DNA of 33,207 nucleotides. It comes from a virus. Of this stretch, positions 1 to 7,176 are shown piece after piece (positions within the stretch are counted from its first letter, which is position 1; each line of letters opens with the position of its first letter). Both the position numbers and the translations under genes were made by a program. The stretch spans positions 1-33,207 of IMG/VR virus record IMGVR_UViG_3300025071_000006. One strand, written 5' to 3'. The notes under the pieces were generated by a model. That model worked only from the letters and a program-made list of their open reading frames with translations. It made no database searches and was not told where the DNA came from.

Positions 1-2
1 AC

Positions 3-491
3 ACAACTTACACAGATGTTTATAGCGGACAAGAAGTTGGAGACTGGATATGGAAAGATGAAAATGGAGAAATAGTAGCTCACACTGATCTTGAGTTTAG
101 AGAGCAAGTATTTACAGAGTTAATGAATAGATATAATGGTGAACAGTGGGAATTATTAGATCCTTGGGTAGAGATTGCTCCTATTATAGGTGCAGACTTC
201 TATCATTACAAATCAAAGTTCTGGCTTCACGCATATGCTAACTATATACTACCAATGCATAAATACATTGAAGGAGATAAAGACTTTTCTTACTTAAATA
301 GAAACAATTGGGGTAAGGGAGGATTAATAATAGATAATGAACCAGAACAATGGAATGATTACTCTGCAGGAATTAGTGTAGGATGGAAACTAAATAAACA
401 TCTAGGTGTATTTGCAGAAGGAGAGTATGCAAAAATGTGGGACAGTGAAATATATCAAACTACATTTGGAATCAACTATACTTTTAAATAA
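3..491 (+). CDS. C-terminal part of a putative outer-membrane beta-barrel-like protein (5' truncated by window edge)
   Basis: Frame is open from position 3 (TTYTDVYSGQEVGDWIWKD...) into the 123..491 ORF. Aromatic-rich amphipathic strands; ends YQTTFGINYTFK, resembling a beta-signal. Confidence 0.55.
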   Translation, partial: TTYTDVYSGQEVGDWIWKDENGEIVAHTDLEFREQVFTELMNRYNGEQWELLDPWVEIAPIIGADFYHYKSKFWLHAYANYILPMHKYIEGDKDFSYLNRNNWGKGGLIIDNEPEQWNDYSAGISVGWKLNKHLGVFAEGEYAKMWDSEIYQTTFGINYTFK

Positions 492-784
492 TGGCAGAAC
501 AACCACCACAAATCGGAGAAGGAACTCAAGTAGTACTAGATCTTAAAACAATAGGTATCATAGTATCTTTTGTTATATCACTAACAACTGTATATTTCAC
601 TCTTAAATCTGACATAGCTCTAGCTATGGAAATGCCTAAGCCAGAAATATCAAAAACAGAATATGAATTAAAAGATGAACTTGTTAGACAAACAATTATG
701 GACACACAAGAAGATGTAGAAATGTTGTTACAAAAGTTTGATAAAATGGAAGAGCGTATCTACGAACTAACCAAAGATCGATAA
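491..784 (+). CDS. single-TM membrane protein with C-terminal coiled coil
   Basis: TM segment IGIIVSFVISLTTVYFTL; start overlaps upstream stop (TAATG). Confidence 0.6.
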   Translation: MAEQPPQIGEGTQVVLDLKTIGIIVSFVISLTTVYFTLKSDIALAMEMPKPEISKTEYELKDELVRQTIMDTQEDVEMLLQKFDKMEERIYELTKDR

Positions 785-1182
785 TGAAATATTTTATCAC
801 ATTAGTATTTTTACTTATATCAACTAGTGTGGTAGCACAAAACTATGTAACAGAAAAAGAATTTGACATAGTTATATCTGGTGCAAATGCATTCGGTGAA
901 AACCATAGAATTGTTGTTATAGAAGTATGGGCTGAATTCAATCAAGCTAACGCATTTAAGGATTGGAAAAACCTTAAAGGAGCGAAATACCATCGATTAG
1001 ACTTGTCTAAGGCACCTAATATAAAGAAAAGGTTTAGAATAAGAATGGTTCCCACTATACTAGTATTTCTAGATGGGTCAAAAGAATTAGAATATAAAGC
1101 TGGCTTGGATCTAATATGTCCTGTCACGTTACAAGAACTTAATAAAGACATAGAGGAACTGGATACAGCCTCTCAGTATTAA
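784..1182 (+). CDS. exported thioredoxin-fold protein lacking CxxC
   Basis: Signal peptide ending VVA|Q; VVIEVWAEFN in place of VDFWAxWCxxC; cis-Pro loop IRMVPTILVF. Confidence 0.65.
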   Translation: MKYFITLVFLLISTSVVAQNYVTEKEFDIVISGANAFGENHRIVVIEVWAEFNQANAFKDWKNLKGAKYHRLDLSKAPNIKKRFRIRMVPTILVFLDGSKELEYKAGLDLICPVTLQELNKDIEELDTASQY

Positions 1183-1197
1183 CTTAAAATAAATGTT

Positions 1198-1383
1198 ATG
1201 AAAAAAGTATTTAACAAAGTAAAAGATTGGATCGTTGCAAACGGTATTGAAGGAGTTGCTGGCCTTGGAGCTGGAGTAGGCCTTTGGATTTTTGGATATA
1301 AAATTTTTGCTGGCGTAGCTTTCGGAATTTTTATACATAAGAATTGGGATATAGCTAAGAACGCAGTAAAAGGAAAATTATGA
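1198..1383 (+). CDS. small Gly-rich membrane protein (holin/antiholin candidate)
   Basis: 61 aa with two hydrophobic segments and basic termini, upstream of the lysin candidate. Confidence 0.5.
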   Translation: MKKVFNKVKDWIVANGIEGVAGLGAGVGLWIFGYKIFAGVAFGIFIHKNWDIAKNAVKGKL

Positions 1384-1481
1384 AAGAAAGTTGTTGCTCC
1401 CCTAAAACACAATGTGCCTGTGGACAAACTCAAGACCCACAAGGACTATGTGATGGCTCTCATCTACAACTAAATACGTAG
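1380..1481 (+). CDS. 33-aa CDGSH-type [2Fe-2S] micro-protein (not in ORF track)
   Basis: MKESCCSPKTQCACGQTQDPQGLCDGSHLQLNT*; ATGA overlap with upstream stop; TAG ends 2 nt before the next ATG. Confidence 0.75.
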   Translation: MKESCCSPKTQCACGQTQDPQGLCDGSHLQLNT

Positions 1482-1483
1482 AG

Positions 1484-1708
1484 ATGAGCTGGAAGAATAT
1501 ATTTAAAGATGATAACACATGGAATGAAAAGTCTATAGTAGGCTTTATCTCGTTCCTTATCATGGTGATTGTAATGATCGCTGATCTAGTGAGTGGTATT
1601 CTAGGCAAAGACCTGGTTATAAACGAGTTTGTTTATGATGCTTTTGTTCTACTCTCACTGGGCTGCTTTGGTATAGCCGGACTTGAAAAATTTGCAGGTA
1701 AGAAATAA
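1484..1708 (+). CDS. putative holin (2 TM)
   Basis: Two TM helices, charged C-tail (EKFAGKK), directly upstream of the lysin candidate. Confidence 0.6.
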   Translation: MSWKNIFKDDNTWNEKSIVGFISFLIMVIVMIADLVSGILGKDLVINEFVYDAFVLLSLGCFGIAGLEKFAGKK

Positions 1709-1728
1709 AAACATTACATTCGTGACTT

Positions 1729-2340
1729 ATGAGTTGTTATTCAAGAGAACAAATAGAAGAAACAATGGCCTTCAAAGGCTATAAGTACTTCGATGGTGAT
1801 GGTGATTATGATGTAAATATTGTAGGAGTGAGAAACTCTGAAACAAAGAACAGAGTGACAAACGCCTTTGATGATTGCATGACACTCTCATACAAGGTGG
1901 ATGGAGAATGGCACTTCCACTGTTATAAGTGTACAACAGATCCTGGAACACATTGGATGGCCAACCTTCTTAATGAGAAAGGTGTAGCTATACTTAAGCC
2001 CGGACAATACAGAGGTGCTTACAAAATTAGAAAGCATCAAGGTAAATATGATGCTCTTTGTCAAAGAGGTCCTGTTAAAGTGTATAGAGATAAAAACAAG
2101 GATCATGTATACGATCTTACAGAAGAACATGTGCACGAAGGTGTATTTGGTATAAACATACACAGAGCCACAGCTAAAAAAGGTGGTAAATCATGGCGTG
2201 TAGATAAATGGTCAGCTGGTTGTCAGGTGATTGCTGCTAATGATGATTGGAAAGAATTTCTGGATATCTGCAAAAAGTCTGCAGCTATATGGGGAAATAA
2301 GTTTTCTTACACTCTAATAGAGTCAAATGATATAGTATGA
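1729..2340 (+). CDS. putative endolysin, L,D-transpeptidase (YkuD)-like Cys peptidase
   Basis: GINIH...WSAGCQV matches the His...S-x-G-C catalytic motif; located between holin-like and spanin-like genes. Confidence 0.6.
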   Translation: MSCYSREQIEETMAFKGYKYFDGDGDYDVNIVGVRNSETKNRVTNAFDDCMTLSYKVDGEWHFHCYKCTTDPGTHWMANLLNEKGVAILKPGQYRGAYKIRKHQGKYDALCQRGPVKVYRDKNKDHVYDLTEEHVHEGVFGINIHRATAKKGGKSWRVDKWSAGCQVIAANDDWKEFLDICKKSAAIWGNKFSYTLIESNDIV

Positions 2341-2669
2341 TAACAGTACTTAAATGGATAAAATATCAATGGTTTGGTGTTCTTATAATTATTGTTCTAT
2401 TATTTCTACAATATAAAGCTAGTCAAGAGATTGAGCTTTACAAATTAAAACTAAAAGAAATCGATAAACAGATAGAAGTTTACAAGATAAAGGATGAGCA
2501 ACTACAAATAAAGATAGATAGTTTAAGTTCTTTAGATGTAAAGGTGGTGGAGAAGATACGAACCATAAAAGAAAAAGAATATGTTCAACTTAAAGTGGTT
2601 GATTCTATGCCTATTAGTGAGCTTCAAGAGTTTTTCACAGATAGATACTCCGGTAGTAATTCTAACTGA
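2337..2669 (+). CDS. i-spanin-like protein
   Basis: N-terminal TM followed by a long coiled coil; ATGA overlap with the lysin stop. Confidence 0.6.
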   Translation: MITVLKWIKYQWFGVLIIIVLLFLQYKASQEIELYKLKLKEIDKQIEVYKIKDEQLQIKIDSLSSLDVKVVEKIRTIKEKEYVQLKVVDSMPISELQEFFTDRYSGSNSN

Positions 2670-3045
2670 GGACCAAGCTAGACTAGTAGTAAAGGATCTA
2701 ATACAATTTGACAATCTAAAACTTATAACTAAACAACTAGAAGATAGAATTTATCTTTTTGAACAAAAAGAAATAGATTTTATCTCACGACTTAAGACCA
2801 AAGATAATATCATTTCTTCTCAAGTAGAATATATATCAACTCAAGATGAGGTTATAAAGGCCAAAAAGAAGTTAAACTTCGGAGGCTATATAGGAGTTCA
2901 GACATATCAAGTAACCTTAAACGACCCTATGTTATTTGGGGAAGTTACATTGGGTTTAAATAAAATAGATATAGGAGCTAGAATCTTTGTACAACCTAAT
3001 AACCCTAGTGGTTTTGGTATTGTAGTGAGATATAAGATCTTCTAA
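2581..3045 (+). CDS. o-spanin-like protein with signal peptide, coiled coil and beta-stranded C-terminus
   Basis: Overlaps the i-spanin 3' end in +1 frame; SFS|Q signal cleavage site; ends GFGIVVRYKIF. Confidence 0.5.
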   Translation: MFNLKWLILCLLVSFKSFSQIDTPVVILTEDQARLVVKDLIQFDNLKLITKQLEDRIYLFEQKEIDFISRLKTKDNIISSQVEYISTQDEVIKAKKKLNFGGYIGVQTYQVTLNDPMLFGEVTLGLNKIDIGARIFVQPNNPSGFGIVVRYKIF

Positions 3046-3074
3046 CTAAACTGATTATTTTAATTTCACGATAT

Positions 3075-3107
3075 GTTGAAATTATTCGTATAATATTAAT
3101 AAATTTG
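3075..3107 (+). promoter_or_regulatory. Bacteroidetes sigma70-type promoter
   Basis: GTTG (3075-3078), N21, TAAATTTG (3100-3107), upstream of ATG 3135. Confidence 0.5.
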
Positions 3108-3134
3108 TTTATATAAACAATTAAAAGAATTAAC

Positions 3135-3536
3135 ATGGCAATACCAAATAAACAACAAGGATGGGGACCAGTTGAAAGACTTCTTTGGCAGATCTCTAAG
3201 CAGTTAGACCGTCTTATCAATGTAACAGGAAAGTGTAATCAATGCACTACAACAACAACTACAACAGCAGCTATTTCATTCCCTGCTGGACAGATTTCTG
3301 TAGCAAGTGATGTAGCAGATGCATGTGCATTAACGCTAGACACAGTCGTATATCTAGACTTAGCAAGTGGTCCTGCTATAGCCGTTGGTGACATTATATT
3401 TAATGATGCAGCAGGAACTAATCCATATGATGGAAGTGGTCCAGATTATCAGAGAGTAGAAAGTACTGATGGTCAAGACTGGAATGTACAAGTTGGAGTT
3501 GATGGACAAATTGACTCAGCAACATTGTGTGCATAA
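3135..3536 (+). CDS. poly-Thr linker protein A (putative virion surface/decoration protein)
   Basis: N-terminal helix, CNQC, T7 linker, 84-aa C-terminal domain shared with 4604..5047. Confidence 0.6.
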   Translation: MAIPNKQQGWGPVERLLWQISKQLDRLINVTGKCNQCTTTTTTTAAISFPAGQISVASDVADACALTLDTVVYLDLASGPAIAVGDIIFNDAAGTNPYDGSGPDYQRVESTDGQDWNVQVGVDGQIDSATLCA

Positions 3537-3545
3537 CTTAAACTA
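3282..3545 (+). repeat. dispersed domain duplication, copy 1
   Basis: 53 of 84 aa identical to 4796..5047 by manual alignment; similarity runs past the stop (TGTGCATAACTTAAACTA). Confidence 0.9.
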
Positions 3546-3564
3546 ATAAACCAACAACTACATA

Positions 3565-4584
3565 ATGAAAGAACTAAAATACGTCTGTGCTCAACCAGAT
3601 GATACTTATTACACATGGCAAGTCCATATGTGGTTAGAGAGTCTGAAGAAGCAAGGTAAAGTACAAGATGCAATTGTATTAGTGTACACACCTCAAAAAA
3701 GAATGTTCAACGACAAGTGGAAGAAGATACAAGATCTGTATCCAGAAGCTGAGTTTAACTTCTATAAAGATGAAGAAGGTGATTTAGGTAAACTTATTCC
3801 TATATACATACCAATATTAAGACCTTGGTTATTATGGAAGTATTGGTCAGAGCATCCAGAGATGAAAGATCATTCTATATTCTACTGTGATTCTGATATA
3901 CTATGGACAGATAAGTTTAACATTGATGACTTTGTACAAGATGATGTATGTTATCTTTCAGATACGAATAGCTATATAAATGCAAAATACTTTGATAGTA
4001 AGGTTAACCAAGTGTTACCAGAGAAACTAGAAGAGTATAAGACTAGAGATATACTTGCTGAAATAGGAAGTGTAGTTGGCATAAGTAGAGAGGTTGCTGA
4101 GAAGCACAATGATCACTCAGGAGGTGCACAGTATCTAATTAAGAACATAGATGCTGCTTTCTGGAGTAAGGTGATGAATGATTGTATATTAATCAGGACT
4201 TACCTTCAAGGAATTAATAGAGAGTTCTTTAAAGACGAGAATGCTGGATATCAATCATGGTGTGCAGATATGTGGTCAGTGTTATGGAACCTTTGGGTAA
4301 GAGATAAAGAGGTCAAAGTAATTCCAGAAATGGGATTCTGCTGGGGACCAGACCCAATAACTAAATTAGAAACCCACCCTATATATCACAATGCAGGTAT
4401 TGTAGGTACAGAGCAGGGAGGTTATCCTTGTTTCTATAAGGGTAAATATCATGCAGGATCAGACCCTATGGTGGATCCTCACTTAGACGTTGTACTAAAC
4501 AACGAACAAAGTATGAAGCACTGCACAGGATACTATGCAGGCAAATTACATGAATTGAAAATTAAATATAACCTAACTTACTAA
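3565..4584 (+). CDS. GT-A glycosyltransferase resembling GT95/GT96 peptidyl O-glycosyltransferases
   Basis: DxD motif (YCDSDI); YYTWQ, YIPILRP and SWCADMW motifs parallel the YxxWQ, YxxxNKP and GWxxEMY motifs of HPAT/SERGT (recalled, not searched). Confidence 0.65.
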   Translation: MKELKYVCAQPDDTYYTWQVHMWLESLKKQGKVQDAIVLVYTPQKRMFNDKWKKIQDLYPEAEFNFYKDEEGDLGKLIPIYIPILRPWLLWKYWSEHPEMKDHSIFYCDSDILWTDKFNIDDFVQDDVCYLSDTNSYINAKYFDSKVNQVLPEKLEEYKTRDILAEIGSVVGISREVAEKHNDHSGGAQYLIKNIDAAFWSKVMNDCILIRTYLQGINREFFKDENAGYQSWCADMWSVLWNLWVRDKEVKVIPEMGFCWGPDPITKLETHPIYHNAGIVGTEQGGYPCFYKGKYHAGSDPMVDPHLDVVLNNEQSMKHCTGYYAGKLHELKIKYNLTY

Positions 4585-4603
4585 CCCTTTAAAACAAAAA
4601 CAA

Positions 4604-5047
4604 ATGGGAAGCATTAATAAAAGACCGTTAAACGCGTACGTCAGATATGATGGATCTGGACGTGTAGTAGCTGGTTCTCTTGTATTACGCAGGAAGATAC
4701 CAAAAGTTGGAAACTGGAAGGAATTACCACAAAATATAGCATATGAGTGCTGTTATCCTACCACTACCACAACATCAACAACAGCAATAGTATATCCTGC
4801 AGGTCAGGTATCGTCTGCTTCAGATGCAAGTAATGCATGTGCATTAACATTAGATACAGTCGTGTACTTAAAACTAGCTACAGCTAACGTAGTAGCAGTT
4901 GGAAGTATTGTATACAATGATGCAGCTGGATTAAATCCTTTCGATGGAAGTGGTGCAGCTCACAGAGTAGAAGCACCAGATGGTCAAGATTGGAATGCAG
5001 TGATTGGCGTAGATGGAGCTGTTACAGCAACGAATTTATGTGCATAA
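4604..5047 (+). CDS. poly-Thr linker protein B (putative virion surface/decoration protein)
   Basis: Distinct N-terminal domain, ECC, PTTTTTSTT linker, shared C-terminal domain ending LCA. Confidence 0.6.
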   Translation: MGSINKRPLNAYVRYDGSGRVVAGSLVLRRKIPKVGNWKELPQNIAYECCYPTTTTTSTTAIVYPAGQVSSASDASNACALTLDTVVYLKLATANVVAVGSIVYNDAAGLNPFDGSGAAHRVEAPDGQDWNAVIGVDGAVTATNLCA

Positions 5048-5056
5048 ACTAAACTA
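4796..5056 (+). repeat. dispersed domain duplication, copy 2
   Basis: Shared ACALTLDTVVYL, NDAAG, DGSG, DGQDWN, GVDG, LCA; ends TGTGCATAAACTAAACTA. Confidence 0.9.
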
Positions 5057-5059
5057 TAT

Positions 5060-5090
5060 AGCTCAGGGACCTAATGTCCCTGGGTTTATA
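5060..5090 (+). terminator. hairpin, probable intrinsic terminator
   Basis: CAGGGAC-CTAAT-GTCCCTG core stem followed by GGTTTATA (weak U-tract). Confidence 0.5.
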
Positions 5091-5099
5091 TATTACATA

Positions 5100-5390
5100 A
5101 TGGAGATACAAAGAAAATTCTTTCCTGAAATAATGCGTGAGAACGACAAAGCTTACTTTGCTCACCTAGAAGGACTTATTGACTCTGTTGACGAATACTC
5201 TAGTATGCAAATTACTAAGAGTGGTGAAGCTTATATCTTTAGAATTGCTCCTAGCATGCCTAAGTATGGCGAGTCACTATTACAAGAGATATTAAGACTT
5301 CATAATATGTTTAAAATCAGGCTAGATTTATCCAAAAGCATAAAGTCCTCAGGGACTATAGTTTTCAGAATAAATTTGGAAGATGATTAA
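5100..5390 (+). CDS. hypothetical protein
   Basis: ATG 5100 (MEIQRK) preferred over 5013, which overlaps the upstream gene and hairpin. Confidence 0.6.
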   Translation: MEIQRKFFPEIMRENDKAYFAHLEGLIDSVDEYSSMQITKSGEAYIFRIAPSMPKYGESLLQEILRLHNMFKIRLDLSKSIKSSGTIVFRINLEDD

Positions 5391-5406
5391 AAATATATTA
5401 CATTTG
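5375..5406 (+). promoter_or_regulatory. Bacteroidetes sigma70-type promoter
   Basis: TTTG, N20, TACATTTG matches the -33/-7 consensus. Confidence 0.7.
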
Positions 5407-5436
5407 TTCTTATAATAACTTTAAAAATCAAATAAA

Positions 5437-5697
5437 ATGGCAGATTACAATCCTAACAGCAGGTACACATGGAAACCTGAGGACAAATTCGAGATTACTG
5501 GACAACAGTTCGGTTTAATATTAAACATGGTTAGACAACATTTATCAACAGAAGAAGCTGGTAAATTTATGTTAATGCAACAAACTAATGATGTAATTGA
5601 AAGCATCATGAAAGAAGGTGTAGAAAAGGGTGTCATTGTTGATGCACCAGAACCTGAAACACCAGTAGTTGCTCCTGCATTGGAACCGGTGAAATAA
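5437..5697 (+). CDS. hypothetical protein
   Basis: 86-aa ORF with A-rich leader after the promoter. Confidence 0.65.
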   Translation: MADYNPNSRYTWKPEDKFEITGQQFGLILNMVRQHLSTEEAGKFMLMQQTNDVIESIMKEGVEKGVIVDAPEPETPVVAPALEPVK

Positions 5698-5703
5698 AAA
5701 CTT

Positions 5704-5889
5704 ATGGCTGAAAAAGCTAAAAAAGGAATGATTAAACGTAAGGATGGATCCTATAGCAAAAGAGGGCTATGGGATAACATCCGTGCTAATAAAGGTAGTG
5801 GTAGAAAGCCCACCAAAGCTATGTTAAAGCAAGAAAAAAAGATCAAAGCAAAAACAAAAAAGAAGAGGGGCACTAAAAAGAAGAAATAA
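5704..5889 (+). CDS. Lys/Arg-rich basic protein
   Basis: Very basic; GLWDNIRA motif. Confidence 0.7.
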   Translation: MAEKAKKGMIKRKDGSYSKRGLWDNIRANKGSGRKPTKAMLKQEKKIKAKTKKKRGTKKKK

Positions 5890-5905
5890 CTTAATTCTAA
5901 TAAAT

Positions 5906-6151
5906 ATGCCACGTGTAAAAAAGAAAGCTGTTAAGAAATCCCAATATGGTTCTAACATGGCAGCTGGAGCTAAGAAGCTCAAGAAAGGTGGAAAATCCAA
6001 GAAGAACTGGATTCAAGGTGTAAACAAGTCCATCAAGAAAAGAGGAACCAAAGGTAAGTGTACTCCTATTACTAAGAAAGGATGTACCGGTAGGGCCAAA
6101 GCTCTTGCGAAGACATTTAAAAAAATGGCTAAGAAACGTAAGAAGAAATAG
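5906..6151 (+). CDS. Lys/Arg-rich basic protein
   Basis: No Asp/Glu; KKNWIQG motif, two Cys. Confidence 0.7.
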   Translation: MPRVKKKAVKKSQYGSNMAAGAKKLKKGGKSKKNWIQGVNKSIKKRGTKGKCTPITKKGCTGRAKALAKTFKKMAKKRKKK

Positions 6152-6153
6152 CA

Positions 6154-6450
6154 ATGCCTCGCAAAAAAGCAAAAGCAATTCGTAAAACCACTGGTAAAGG
6201 TGGCAATTATAGAAAGACTAAATCTGGTGCTGGGATGACTAAAAAAGGAGTCAAGGCATACAGGAAGGCTAACCCTGGCAGTAAACTTAAGACTGCAGTA
6301 ACAGGGAAAGTTAAAAAGGGGAGCAAATCAGCTAAAAGACGTAAGTCTTATTGTGCAAGAAGTTTGGGGCAGTTAAAACGCAGTAGTGCGAAAACTAAAA
6401 ATGATCCTAATTCTAGAATAAGACAAGCTAGAAGAAGGTGGAAATGTTAA
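6154..6450 (+). CDS. Lys/Arg-rich basic protein (DUF6321-like)
   Basis: RRKSYCAR...NDPNSRIRQARRRWKC resembles the DUF6321 pattern as recalled. Confidence 0.65.
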   Translation: MPRKKAKAIRKTTGKGGNYRKTKSGAGMTKKGVKAYRKANPGSKLKTAVTGKVKKGSKSAKRRKSYCARSLGQLKRSSAKTKNDPNSRIRQARRRWKC

Positions 6451-6474
6451 TTAACCTCAAATAATCTAAATACA

Positions 6475-6846
6475 ATGGGAACAAAAAAAGGAATGGTACG
6501 TAAAACAGCTCGTAACGCTTATGTAAAGAAAGCTAAGAGTGGAGTAAAAAAAGCAAGAAACTCTGCTCGTATGAATAGACTAGAAGAACTAGGTCGTATT
6601 GATGCTGAGAAGAAAAACAAAAACAGAATGGCTGAAAAGCGTAGAGTTGTAAGAGAACTAAATGCTAAGAAAGGTAAGAAAGTAGTTAAGAAAGCTGGTT
6701 ACGGTATGAGGAAAGCTAAATCTGGATTAAAGAAACCTAAGTCTTCACAAAAAGGGCTTAAAGCACTACCTAAAGCTGTACGTAATAAAATGAACTATGC
6801 TAAAAAAGGTGGATCTACACGTAAGTGTAAGTCAGGCTGTAAATAG
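6475..6846 (+). CDS. Lys/Arg-rich basic protein with KAKSG-like repeats
   Basis: Repeats KKAKSG, KKAGYG, RKAKSG, YAKKGG, KCKSG. Confidence 0.7.
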   Translation: MGTKKGMVRKTARNAYVKKAKSGVKKARNSARMNRLEELGRIDAEKKNKNRMAEKRRVVRELNAKKGKKVVKKAGYGMRKAKSGLKKPKSSQKGLKALPKAVRNKMNYAKKGGSTRKCKSGCK

Positions 6847-6920
6847 TGATCTTAGGAGGATTCGAACCTCCAACCTCTTCATTCGTAGTGAAGTGCTCTA
6901 TCCAATTAAGCTATAAGACC
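6847..6920 (-). tRNA. tRNA-Arg(ACG), CCA not encoded
   Basis: Acceptor GGTCTTA/TAAGATC, anticodon arm CTTCA-CTACGAA-TGAAG, T-arm GGAGG-TTCGAAT-CCTCC. Confidence 0.93.
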
Positions 6921-6922
6921 GA

Positions 6923-7030
6923 TTAGAATATAAACTTGTAAAGGGTGCTCCATATTACATACGTAATAAGTAATATTAACATCCACACGGATATTTTTAA
7001 CATTTGATCTTTTGGGTTTTCTGGACTCAT
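6923..7030 (-). CDS. 35-aa single-TM micro-protein (not in track)
   Basis: MSPENPKDQMLKISVWMLILLITYVIWSTLYKFIF*; ATGA-coupled. Confidence 0.55.
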   Translation of the reverse strand: MSPENPKDQMLKISVWMLILLITYVIWSTLYKFIF

Positions 7031-7176
7031 ACTTTCATAACATTTTTATAAGCTTCTTCATAAACACTTTGTAGAGGTTTATGAGGGTGCTCGTTTCTAA
7101 TTCTAGTTACTTCTCTAAACAAAGAACTTCTTTGTCCGTGCTCTTCAGCACCATATACAATATCTTCTATACTCAT
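7027..7176 (-). CDS. 49-aa hypothetical protein (not in track)
   Basis: MSIEDIVYGAEEHG...NVMKV*; ATGA overlaps at both ends. Confidence 0.6.
   Translation of the reverse strand: MSIEDIVYGAEEHGQRSSLFREVTRIRNEHPHKPLQSVYEEAYKNVMKV

Noticed and set aside
3246-3266. ACA/ACT repeats as a CRISPR array or phase-variable microsatellite
   Set aside because: Mixed synonymous Thr codons in frame indicate protein-level selection; there is no repeat-spacer structure
3282-5056. Duplicated domain as a DGR template/variable repeat pair
   Set aside because: Differences involve all four bases and many synonymous sites, both copies are coding, and no reverse transcriptase is in the window
5013-5099. Upstream start for ORF 5013..5390
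   Set aside because: It overlaps the previous gene and a hairpin; ATG 5100 is more plausible
6847-6920. tRNA as a prophage att site or host boundary
   Set aside because: Phage-like genes on both sides, no integrase and no duplicated tRNA 3' end seen
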